Source: an uncultured Candidatus Saccharibacteria bacterium (lineage in GTDB: Bacteria > Patescibacteriota > UBA1384 > JACPKC01). Taken from it: a DNA stretch of 29,676 nucleotides. The stretch covers positions 1-29,676 of the forward strand of contig CAZWUV010000001.1 in NCBI GenBank assembly GCA_964636735.1, given 5' to 3'. Position numbers and translations under genes: made by a program. Shown in pieces: positions 7,641 to 14,871 of this stretch. Within the stretch, counting starts at the first letter, position 1. Each line of letters opens with the position of its first letter. The notes beneath the pieces are model-generated. The model had not been told where the DNA came from, did not search any database, and was given only the letters and a program-made list of their open reading frames with translations.

Positions 7641-8936
7641 ATGAAATCTTGTCCAGTTAGCAATAAAAAACTTGTCTACGATCCTTTATGGGGATTGATT
7701 GATATTACGGAATTTATTTCTTTAATTGATACTCCGCAGTTTCAAGCCCTGGGATTTAAGTATCAGCTTGGCACAACAAATTTTTTGTTTCCATCTGCGA
7801 CCCATACGCGCAAACAACACTCTTTGGGCGCTCTAAAGCGTACTCAGGACTTATGCGAGCGTTGGCTAAGAATGGGTTTTATTGACAAGCAAGAAGCCAA
7901 AATGATAAGTGCGTTCGCCCTGTTGCACGATATTGGGCATGGACCTTTTTCGCATGTTGTCGAAGAGGTGACAAAAGAAGTTTGGGGGCGAGACCATGAC
8001 CAAAACGGCGCTCTGCTAATTAAAAGCCTAAAAGAGCCTTTAGAGCAATCTGGTATTGATTTTGATAAATTTCAGAAATTTTTTGACCATACAAATCCAC
8101 TATATTTGGCTGTTCATGATAAAAATTTAGGTAGTGAAAAGCTAGATTATCTGTCAAGGGATGCGTTTTATACTTTAGGCGAAAAGCCTGGCGTAGAATA
8201 TTTGGCAGAGCATACTTATTTTTTGGATGGAGAAATTTTGATTGACGAGAAGGCAATTGATAATGCCAAATTACTCCAAGATTTTTATGTGCGGATGTTT
8301 AAGATGGTGTACTTGCGCAAAAATTCTACAATCAGTCAAAGATTATTGCAACGTTTAACAGCTCGGCTTTTGCAAGTTGAAAAAATTGACGAAAATCAGC
8401 TTTGGTCGCTGACGGATTTTGGGCTTTTGGGTCGCCTAGAGGCTGCAAACTCGCTTACAATAAAGCAAGAAACTGAGCGTTTTTTGAATCGTGACTTTCC
8501 TAGGACTGCAGTTTCGTTTAAGATTGATCGCTTTGTTGATGTAGAGGTAGGTCAGCATAAATCTCAAAAAGTTTTTGGCGTAAGCGAAGAGCAAATGCTG
8601 GCGCTGCTGAATTCTAGGCAATTATCAAGTCCATCAGAAATTCGTTCTTTGGAAGCTCAGATTGAGAAGGTGCTTAATTTACCAGAGAATTCTATTTTAA
8701 TTGCTCCCTCTAATTCTATGCATCGTTTTACTCCAAAAGATGTCAAGGTTTACAGTAAGCGAGGTCAGCACTATAGCTTATCTGATTATTTTAAGAGTCA
8801 TTTTAAGGCGATTGAAGAAGAAGGAAGTTCGTATACTGTTGTGAGAGTCTGCACTTATCCAGAATACAAAAATGTTTTGTCTGACGACAAGGCAACTGAA
8901 ACTATAAAGCAGATTATAATGCAAATTATTGATTAG
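7641..8936 (+). CDS. HD-domain phosphohydrolase, SAMHD1/YwfO-like dNTP triphosphohydrolase family
   Basis: DPLWGLI, TPQFQAL...QLG, HTRKQHSLG, LLHDIGHGPFSH, EKLDYLSRD. The usual D in DxxRxDY appears here as E. Confidence 0.88.
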   Translation: MKSCPVSNKKLVYDPLWGLIDITEFISLIDTPQFQALGFKYQLGTTNFLFPSATHTRKQHSLGALKRTQDLCERWLRMGFIDKQEAKMISAFALLHDIGHGPFSHVVEEVTKEVWGRDHDQNGALLIKSLKEPLEQSGIDFDKFQKFFDHTNPLYLAVHDKNLGSEKLDYLSRDAFYTLGEKPGVEYLAEHTYFLDGEILIDEKAIDNAKLLQDFYVRMFKMVYLRKNSTISQRLLQRLTARLLQVEKIDENQLWSLTDFGLLGRLEAANSLTIKQETERFLNRDFPRTAVSFKIDRFVDVEVGQHKSQKVFGVSEEQMLALLNSRQLSSPSEIRSLEAQIEKVLNLPENSILIAPSNSMHRFTPKDVKVYSKRGQHYSLSDYFKSHFKAIEEEGSSYTVVRVCTYPEYKNVLSDDKATETIKQIIMQIID

Positions 8937-8993
8937 TGATTTTTTGCTACTGCTTATGAATTTTTAAAGGGTGCAACACAAATTCGACAACGT

Positions 8994-10376
8994 TTATTTG
9001 TGCCACTTATCAATAAACATAAATCTATCTGCAGGATTATACCCAGTATGAGATTTAATTCCTAAGATATTTTTTGGAGTGGCAAATTGCCAGACCAAAT
9101 CTTCGAGTTCAATTGCAGGGATTTCTTGGTCAAGAATTTTTCTTAGGTTATTGCTGAGGGTTTGTTTTTTTGCAGTATCGGTTGTTTGGCGGGCTTCTTC
9201 AAGAATTTTATCAGCTTCTACATTAGCAAAATTAGCAAAATTCAAGCCTTTTTCTGAAATTTGCGAAGAGTGCCAGAAAGGATAAAGGTCTAATCCGTAT
9301 CCCAAGTCTATGCCATAAATCAATGCATCGTATTGACGATTAGGGATAACTTGAGTTGTTAGTTCTGCTGGGGTCACTGCTAAGATTGTTATTTCTGCAC
9401 CTAACTCTTCCCAATCCTCTTTGATTTTTTGCGCCCAAGTCATGTGGGGTTCGCTAGATAAAGTTGCAATCTCAAGAGTAATGCTTTTTGATAGCTTTGT
9501 TTTGTTTTTGAGCGCTTTTCTGGTTGCTAGATCTAGCTCCTTTGTACTATTGTTAAAAAATAGGTAAATTTTACGAGGCAATTCTATTGTATAAATATTC
9601 ATATTTTCTAAGAGATCTGGATCAAGGTTGGAGGCACCAGAGATTGCTGAAATTTCCTTTTTTTGCAGAGCCTGTGTGAGTTCTTGGGTGTCAGGATAAA
9701 TTTTTAGAACTAGTTCTTGAAGTTGCGCTTTGCCCGCCAAGGAGTTTTCTCGCGCTAAAAATTGAAATGAATTTTTGTCTGCCTTTTTAAGATAAAACAT
9801 ACCATAATCAAAAATGGGCACTGTTAGATTGTCTAAAAAAGGAGAAAAGCTTTGTTCTAGCTCAAAAGTGATTTGATTGTTGCCAGAGGTAATGGTGGCT
9901 TTTGGAAAAAGAGTTTTATATTGATTTTCTGCCTGCAAAATATCATCTGCAGTAATTTCTGACTTAAGGTTAAAAGTATATTTTTTGCCATTATCTTCAA
10001 TTTTCCAGTCAGTTGAGGCGACGCCAATTATTTCCCCGTTTTCACTAAAATCTACCAAGCCAATTTTTGTAAGCCTATTGATTGTTGGCTCAATGTCCGC
10101 TCTAGATTGTGCCACCATTCCTTCAATATAATCAGCGGAGGCAAAGGTGATAATTTGTGCCTTTGTTTTAATAAATTCCAAAATCCACAAGGAGGATGAG
10201 GTAAGCAGTAAGCTTGCAAAAAATACCAAAAGGACTTTATCTATTTTAGAAAGTCGACTGTAAATTTTTTGAAAAAAACCAAATTGTTTGGTATTGGATA
10301 ATTTTTGTCCCAGAGAACGACCAGAAACTTTGAGCGTATGAAGCCTTGATCTATTTATCGACCGAGGAAATTTCAT
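8994..10376 (-). CDS. ABC transporter substrate-binding protein, family 5 (OppA/DppA-like), membrane-anchored, orphan
   Basis: N-terminal TM helix, then YIEGMV, WKIEDNGKKYTFNLK, ITFELEQSFSPFLDNLT.PI, YPFWHSSQ..GLNFANF, ADKILEEAR. It follows secG and no permease genes are adjacent. Confidence 0.8.
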   Translation of the reverse strand: MKFPRSINRSRLHTLKVSGRSLGQKLSNTKQFGFFQKIYSRLSKIDKVLLVFFASLLLTSSSLWILEFIKTKAQIITFASADYIEGMVAQSRADIEPTINRLTKIGLVDFSENGEIIGVASTDWKIEDNGKKYTFNLKSEITADDILQAENQYKTLFPKATITSGNNQITFELEQSFSPFLDNLTVPIFDYGMFYLKKADKNSFQFLARENSLAGKAQLQELVLKIYPDTQELTQALQKKEISAISGASNLDPDLLENMNIYTIELPRKIYLFFNNSTKELDLATRKALKNKTKLSKSITLEIATLSSEPHMTWAQKIKEDWEELGAEITILAVTPAELTTQVIPNRQYDALIYGIDLGYGLDLYPFWHSSQISEKGLNFANFANVEADKILEEARQTTDTAKKQTLSNNLRKILDQEIPAIELEDLVWQFATPKNILGIKSHTGYNPADRFMFIDKWHK

Positions 10377-10419
10377 AATAAATGCTTTCTCCCCCTTCTT
10401 TTATGTCGTGGCGTGCGGG

Positions 10420-10662
10420 TTAAATCATTTCCTTGATAAATAAATTTCCAACTGAAGAAAGAACAAATAAGATTGCTAATATAATAGTTGTATTAAATAA
10501 AAATTTTTCAACGCCCCTTTTAGAGCGATAAATTGCGTTAGTTCCACCAAAAGCACCGCCCAAGCTAGTTCCGCGCTGTTGCATTAAAATAGATGTAATT
10601 AGGGCAATCGAAATAATAATCTGAATGATATTGGGACCGTATTGTTTTAGAAAGTCTAACAT
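10420..10662 (-). CDS. secG: Preprotein translocase subunit SecG
   Basis: Two TM helices around ILMQQRGTSLGGAFGG....RSKRGVEKFL. Confidence 0.93.
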   Translation of the reverse strand: MLDFLKQYGPNIIQIIISIALITSILMQQRGTSLGGAFGGTNAIYRSKRGVEKFLFNTTIILAILFVLSSVGNLFIKEMI

Positions 10663-10722
10663 AATTTTACTTGCAAATAATAGTGTAGGTGTAGTTGATG
10701 CGACAAAGTTTTAGTGTGATTG

Positions 10723-10797
10723 TGGAGGCCCAGGTCGGAATCGAACCGACGCATTGAGGTTTTGCAGACCCCTGCGTTACCACTTCGCCACTGGGCC
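10723..10797 (-). tRNA. tRNA-Cys (GCA)
   Basis: Cloverleaf GGCCCAG..GGGGT-CTGCAAA-ACCTC..GTCGG-TTCGATT-CCGAC-CTGGGCC-T-CCA with a U73 discriminator. Confidence 0.97.
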
Positions 10798-10800
10798 CTG

Positions 10801-10840
10801 GGTGTTTTGGAGCGGAAGACGGGATTTGAACCCGCGACCT
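10801..10840. repeat. 40-bp perfect direct repeat, copy 1 (copy 2 at 11117-11156)
   Basis: GGTGTTTTGGAGCGGAAGACGGGATTTGAACCCGCGACCT occurs identically at 10801-10840 and 11117-11156. It covers the variable loop, T-arm, acceptor 3' strand and CCA of tRNA-Gly plus 7 nt of trailer. The period is 316 bp. Confidence 0.97.
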
Positions 10841-10860
10841 TCCCGCTTAGCGGGACGCTC
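10808..10860 (-). pseudogene. Partial tRNA-Gly pseudo-copy (3' two-thirds) with the anticodon arm replaced by a 15-nt palindrome
   Basis: Minus strand reads GAGCG-[TCCCGCTAAGCGGGA]-AGGTCGCGGGTTCAAATCCCGTCTTCCGCTCCA. The intact gene reads GAGCG-[CCTCCTTGCCAAGGAGG]-AGGTCGCGGG.... The 5' acceptor strand and D-loop are absent. Confidence 0.9.
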
Positions 10861-10873
10861 AATTAAGCAAAGC

Positions 10874-11116
10874 TTAATTTCCAAGTAATTTTTTAAATTG
10901 GTTGCCGCCTTTATAAGATTTAATTTGGCGTTCCCTTCTTTTTGCCTGCAAAGAAGACTCAAATGTCTCTTTGTATATTAACAACCACTTGCCAGATTGA
11001 CGCGTAGACGTTGTTTGTCCACGATTATGTTCTGACAGTCTTCGCTTTAAATCATTTGTCGATCCAATGTAGTGTCGACCTGATTTTGTATTGCGAAGAA
11101 TATAGGTGTAATACAT
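10874..11116 (-). CDS. Small stand-alone GIY-YIG nuclease family protein
   Basis: MYYTYIL......HYIGST.DLKRRL.EHN.G...T....W.LIY.E.F.....A..RE.QIK. The Tyr motifs, conserved Arg and metal-binding Glu appear intact. 80 aa. Confidence 0.93.
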   Translation of the reverse strand: MYYTYILRNTKSGRHYIGSTNDLKRRLSEHNRGQTTSTRQSGKWLLIYKETFESSLQAKRRERQIKSYKGGNQFKKLLGN

Positions 11117-11123
11117 GGTGTTT

Positions 11124-11198
11124 TGGAGCGGAAGACGGGATTTGAACCCGCGACCTCCTCCTTGGCAAGGAGGCGCTCTACCACTGAGCTACTTCCGC
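11124..11198 (-). tRNA. tRNA-Gly (GCC)
   Basis: GCGGAAG-TA-GCTC-AGTGGTA-GAGC-G-CCTCC-TTGCCAA-GGAGG-AGGTC-GCGGG-TTCAAAT-CCCGT-CTTCCGC-T-CCA. Confidence 0.97.
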
Positions 11199-11215
11199 AT
11201 AGTTTTATTTTTTTA

Positions 11216-11299
11216 AAGACGGGATTTGAACCTTCCGCTTCTAGTGGAACAGGCGCAACCTTCCCGCTAAGCGGGACGCTCGTATCAAGCTACTTCCGC
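11216..11299 (-). pseudogene. Degenerate tRNA-Gly pseudo-copy: anticodon arm swapped for the palindrome, 21-nt hairpin inserted in the T-stem, 3' acceptor end lost
   Basis: Minus strand reads GCGGAAGTAGCT-TGATAC-GAGCG-[TCCCGCTTAGCGGGA]-AGGTTGCG-[CCTGTTCCACTAGAAGCGGAA]-GGTTCAAATCCCGTCTT. AGCTACTTCCGCAT is identical at 11187-11200 and 11288-11301. Confidence 0.9.
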
Positions 11300-11396
11300 A
11301 TGCTTTACAATAGTAGCAAAAATATACTATAAAATAAAGATGTTGCAAGTTTTTTAATTTACCTGTACTGTCAATTCATAGCATAAAGGAGTAAAA

Positions 11397-11624
11397 ATGC
11401 CAAGAAAACTAGGAAGATCTGAGCTAGCAAAAGCCAAAAAAGAGGCTACCACTAAAGGGCTTACAAAGCACAAGACAATCGAGCAAATCAGAATTGATTT
11501 TTTAGGATCGATGGCGCTTTTTGTAGTCTGCCTTGGTGTCTTAGGTGGTATTTATTATTTTGACCAAAGCTCTCCTCTGCTGAGTGAATGGTCGGTAAAA
11601 GTTTACGAATTTTTAGGGATTTAG
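11397..11624 (+). CDS. Hypothetical small membrane protein (basic N-terminus, one TM helix)
   Basis: AAGGAG SD before the ATG and an upstream TTGCAA-17-TACTGT promoter (11343-11371). One hydrophobic segment. Confidence 0.75.
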   Translation: MPRKLGRSELAKAKKEATTKGLTKHKTIEQIRIDFLGSMALFVVCLGVLGGIYYFDQSSPLLSEWSVKVYEFLGI

Positions 11625-12334
11625 CCTGTAAATAATTCTGGAAATTTTTCTTGACGAAATTCTCCTGATTGTAAGTCTCCCAAAACAATATCACCGTATT
11701 TTACTCTAACTAGGCGTTTGACTGGTAGGTCAGAAGCTCCAAAAAGTCGCCTAATGTGGTGATTGATACCTTCGTGAATGACGGCCTTAAATACTAACAG
11801 TCCCTGTTCTCTACCTAGAAACTCTATATTGTCAAATCCTTTTAATTTGCCTTTGATTTTGCGAGGCTTTTTAAGGTTGGCAAGTAGTTTTGCAGGCGGT
11901 ATATTTTGAGGTTGGGCATATACCAAGTATTCTTTGGCAATTTCAAATTTAGGATGACTGAGTTTATACGCTAAATCACCATCATTAGTAAGTAAAATCA
12001 AGCCTTCACTATCTTTATCTAGTCTGCCGATAGAATAAAGGCGTTCATTGGTTTTAATTAAATCCACAACTGTTTTTCTGCCCTCGGGATCGTTAGATGT
12101 TGAGACGATGCCGACTGGCTTGTAGAGCGCAAATAGAACTTTATTTTGTGATAATTTAATTTGTTGGCCAACAAAAAACACTTTGTCTTTGTCAGGCAAA
12201 ATTTTTGTAGCTGGATTTTTAACGATTTTGCCATTGACTTTAACTTTGCCTTCTTGAATTAAAGTATCGGCGCTGCGCCTAGAAGCAACGCCGCTGTGAG
12301 CTAAAAATTTATTTAAGCGTACTGACTGTGTCAT
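11621..12334 (-). CDS. rRNA pseudouridine synthase, RsuA/RluB family with S4 domain
   Basis: S4 domain RLNKFLAHSGVASRRSADTLI..GKVKVNG, YKPVGIVST, catalytic GRLDKDSEGLILLTNDG, HPKFEIAKEY. Confidence 0.93.
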   Translation of the reverse strand: MTQSVRLNKFLAHSGVASRRSADTLIQEGKVKVNGKIVKNPATKILPDKDKVFFVGQQIKLSQNKVLFALYKPVGIVSTSNDPEGRKTVVDLIKTNERLYSIGRLDKDSEGLILLTNDGDLAYKLSHPKFEIAKEYLVYAQPQNIPPAKLLANLKKPRKIKGKLKGFDNIEFLGREQGLLVFKAVIHEGINHHIRRLFGASDLPVKRLVRVKYGDIVLGDLQSGEFRQEKFPELFTG

Positions 12335-12500
12335 TTTGTAGATACTGAGTTAAATTATTGTGCGATGTAAAATGACGGTCAGTAAAAATAAATCGGTATG
12401 CATAGCTAAGCGACGTCATCAAGAACAAATAGGCAATCATAATAAGTAAAATCTTAATGGTGCCAATTTGTTCAATTTTTTGCAAATATTTATCAATCAT
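12309..12500 (-). CDS. Hypothetical small membrane protein (63 aa)
   Basis: Start reassigned to the ATG at 12500 because TTGACA (12563-12558), a 17-nt spacer and TATATT (12540-12535) lie inside the longer ORF call. One TM segment; overlaps the start of the pseudouridine synthase gene. Confidence 0.6.
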   Translation of the reverse strand: MIDKYLQKIEQIGTIKILLIMIAYLFLMTSLSYAYRFIFTDRHFTSHNNLTQYLQNDTVSTLK

Positions 12501-12778
12501 TTTGCCCCACTTTTTTAGGCTTAATAACCTGTGCAATATACCATAAAATTGGTGATTTGTCAATCTTGAGATTATCAATTTAAGTATGAGCGCGTACTAG
12601 TGCATCGTATGCACTACTGATGAATTCGCACATAAGGCGCTGGATTGAAAGTAAGGGATTTGTTTTGACTGATGATTAAAAAATGCCAGAATACTTAGGC
12701 GGTGAAGATTTTCACTTTATAAGATTTGAAAATCAGCGCAATACAGTTGAAGGCCCCGTTTGGTGTTAAAACGAAAAC

Positions 12779-12800
12779 ACCCCGCCGAATTTGGCGGGGT
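12779..12800 (-). terminator. Intrinsic terminator after the comM/hypothetical unit
   Basis: ACCCCGCC-GAATTT-GGCGGGGT perfect stem, followed on the minus strand by GTTTTCGTTTT. Confidence 0.75.
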
Positions 12801-12845
12801 ATCATTAATCTTTCTCAATATAATTTTGATATCCTTCAGGATAAA

Positions 12846-13133
12846 TCAATATGTTTTTTGATCTTTCAAGATCGAGAATTTCTTGATTGATTGTTCGTCG
12901 AACAAGTTTTTTTCTTCGAGCATTTTTTCGAGGCGGTTTATTAGGCGCAGCTGCTGTCGAGGTTCTCTGTTTAAGATAAAAAAGATTGCCTGCTCAGCTG
13001 TTTTAAATTTAAAAGGAAGCTCCTCTCTACTTTTTTCATCGTAAATATAGAACCGTTCTGCTTTGGGTAAATTTTTTATATCTCCGCATGGGTGCAGAAT
13101 AACTTCCTCTGAATAAATATGGAAATCATTCAT
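12846..13133 (-). CDS. Hypothetical protein
   Basis: 95-aa ORF with an ATG start and a purine-rich upstream region, between comM and a terminator. No motif recognised. Confidence 0.65.
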   Translation of the reverse strand: MNDFHIYSEEVILHPCGDIKNLPKAERFYIYDEKSREELPFKFKTAEQAIFFILNREPRQQLRLINRLEKMLEEKNLFDEQSIKKFSILKDQKTY

Positions 13134-13203
13134 TTTTGCATTCCCCCTCTCTTTTTTGGGATTTTAAGGTGCCAAATAAAAATAACAAAAAAATGAAAAA
13201 GAA

Positions 13204-14730
13204 TCAAGCCATAATGCTGTCGCGGGTTGTTTGGGGGCGATATTGGAGAGCTTCGGCAAGATGGGTTTGGGTGATATTTTGGCTTCCGTCTAAATCTGCA
13301 ATTGTGCGAGCAAGTTTTAAGAGTCTAAAGTATACACGAGCGGATAAATTATAATGACTTGCAGAGCGGGTTAAAAGGCTTTGGGTTTCGTCATCTAGGG
13401 CGCAGTATTTTTTAATCATCGGTCCGGTCATTTCTGAGTTTGCTTCAATTGCGCCGTCGAAGCGTGCCTTTTGGATATTGCGCGCATTTATTACGCGTTC
13501 GCGAATTGTATCGGAGTTTTCTGCTTCGAGCTTACTTTCTAAATCTTTATAGTCAACTTTTTCTACATTTAAAACAATATCAATTCTATCTAAAAATGGA
13601 CCAGAAACTTTGCGCTTGTAGCGCTCAATGCTGGCAGGCGCACAAATACATCTTGAGTCTCCAAAGTAACCGCACGGACAAGGGTTTTCTGCTCCAACTA
13701 GCATAAATTTAGCGGGAAAACTAATTGCGCCTTGCGCACGCGCAACCGTAATTACGCCATCCTCTAAGGGCTGGCGCAGAACCTCTAAAACTAATCTTGG
13801 GAATTCTGGCAGTTCATCTAAAAACAGCACGCCACGATGCGCCAGTGAAATTTCCCCTGGCTTTGGTATTGTTCCGCCACCAGTTAGGGCAATTGCGCTC
13901 GCAGTGTGATGAGGCGAGCGAATTGGGCGAGTGGTGATTAAATTTTTAGTATTAGATAAATTTCCAGCAATTGAATAAATTTTTGTAACTTCTAAAACTT
14001 CTTTTTCACTCATTGGAGGTAAGATTGATGGCAAGGCTTTGGCAAGCAAGGTTTTGCCAGATCCCGGAGGACCAGAAAATAAAATATTGTGTCCTCCAGC
14101 TGCAGCAATTTCTAGAGCGCGCTTGGCAACGTGTTGTCCCTTGATATCCTTAAAATCCACTGGAAAGCTCTGGTTTTGGCGAAGGTTGATTTGGGTTTTG
14201 GGATGAGGAGATATCTTGGCAACTCCTAAAAAATGATCGATTAACTGTTTTAAGTTTTTAACTGGGTAAATTTCTAGATCCGGGATAATTCCTGCTTCGT
14301 CGGCGTTGTCAATTGGCAAAAAGATTTTTTCGATGCCAAGCTTTTTGGCACTTAGCGCCATTGCCAATACTCCATCAACTCGACGCAGCGAACCATCGAG
14401 TGCTAATTCGCCAATTAGAGCAGTGTCTTCGGAGATTTGATTTTTTATTTGCTCATCCGAGACTAGAATTCCAATTGCAATTGGCAGATCAAACAGCGAC
14501 CCGCTCTTTTTTAGATCCGCTGGCGCCAAATTGATAGTAATTTTACGAACGGGAAAGTTTGCCCCAGAATTTTTGATAGCAGAGCGCACTCGCTCTTTTG
14601 ACTCATCAACAGCCTTGTCGCCCAAGCCAACAATTTTCAGTCCTGGCAAACCACTTAAAATGTCTACTTCAGAGGTAACTTTTTGAGCATCGAGTCCAAC
14701 CGTTGCAAATGAGTGAATTTTAGAGAGCAA
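13204..14730 (-). CDS. comM: YifB/ComM family Mg-chelatase-like AAA+ ATPase
   Basis: N-terminal Lon-like domain (VGLGDKAVDESKERVRSAI, NLAPADLKKSGSLFDLPIA), Walker A GPPGSGKT, RPIRSPHHTAS, GEISLAHRGVLFLDE, NPCPCG, SGPFLDRID. Confidence 0.95.
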   Translation of the reverse strand: MLSKIHSFATVGLDAQKVTSEVDILSGLPGLKIVGLGDKAVDESKERVRSAIKNSGANFPVRKITINLAPADLKKSGSLFDLPIAIGILVSDEQIKNQISEDTALIGELALDGSLRRVDGVLAMALSAKKLGIEKIFLPIDNADEAGIIPDLEIYPVKNLKQLIDHFLGVAKISPHPKTQINLRQNQSFPVDFKDIKGQHVAKRALEIAAAGGHNILFSGPPGSGKTLLAKALPSILPPMSEKEVLEVTKIYSIAGNLSNTKNLITTRPIRSPHHTASAIALTGGGTIPKPGEISLAHRGVLFLDELPEFPRLVLEVLRQPLEDGVITVARAQGAISFPAKFMLVGAENPCPCGYFGDSRCICAPASIERYKRKVSGPFLDRIDIVLNVEKVDYKDLESKLEAENSDTIRERVINARNIQKARFDGAIEANSEMTGPMIKKYCALDDETQSLLTRSASHYNLSARVYFRLLKLARTIADLDGSQNITQTHLAEALQYRPQTTRDSIMA

Positions 14731-14871
14731 AATGCGCCTTTCTCCCCCTTGCTATTATTTAATTTAAAAGTTATCTAAAATTTATTGCATAATCAAGGGC
14801 ACGAGTTGACTTTTGCATACTTTTAAGGTAATTTACTGAGGATTTGAAAATTTACAAAAGGAGTTTTTGGA

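Noticed and set aside
10841-10855. Pseudo-tRNA hairpins as suppressor or novel-anticodon tRNAs (TTA/TAA loops)
   Set aside because: The arm is 15 nt with a 6-7 bp stem and a 1-3 nt loop, and neither copy has a complete acceptor stem, so they cannot decode.
10801-11156. tRNA 3'-end duplication read as a prophage or island attL/attR
   Set aside because: Only 276 bp lie between the repeats, there is no integrase, and homology extends into a modified anticodon region. It is reported instead as a distinct small module.
12615-12680. CTGATGA...GAAA resembling a hammerhead ribozyme core
   Set aside because: Stem II cannot form without using a core base, and the putative cleavage triplet would end in G.
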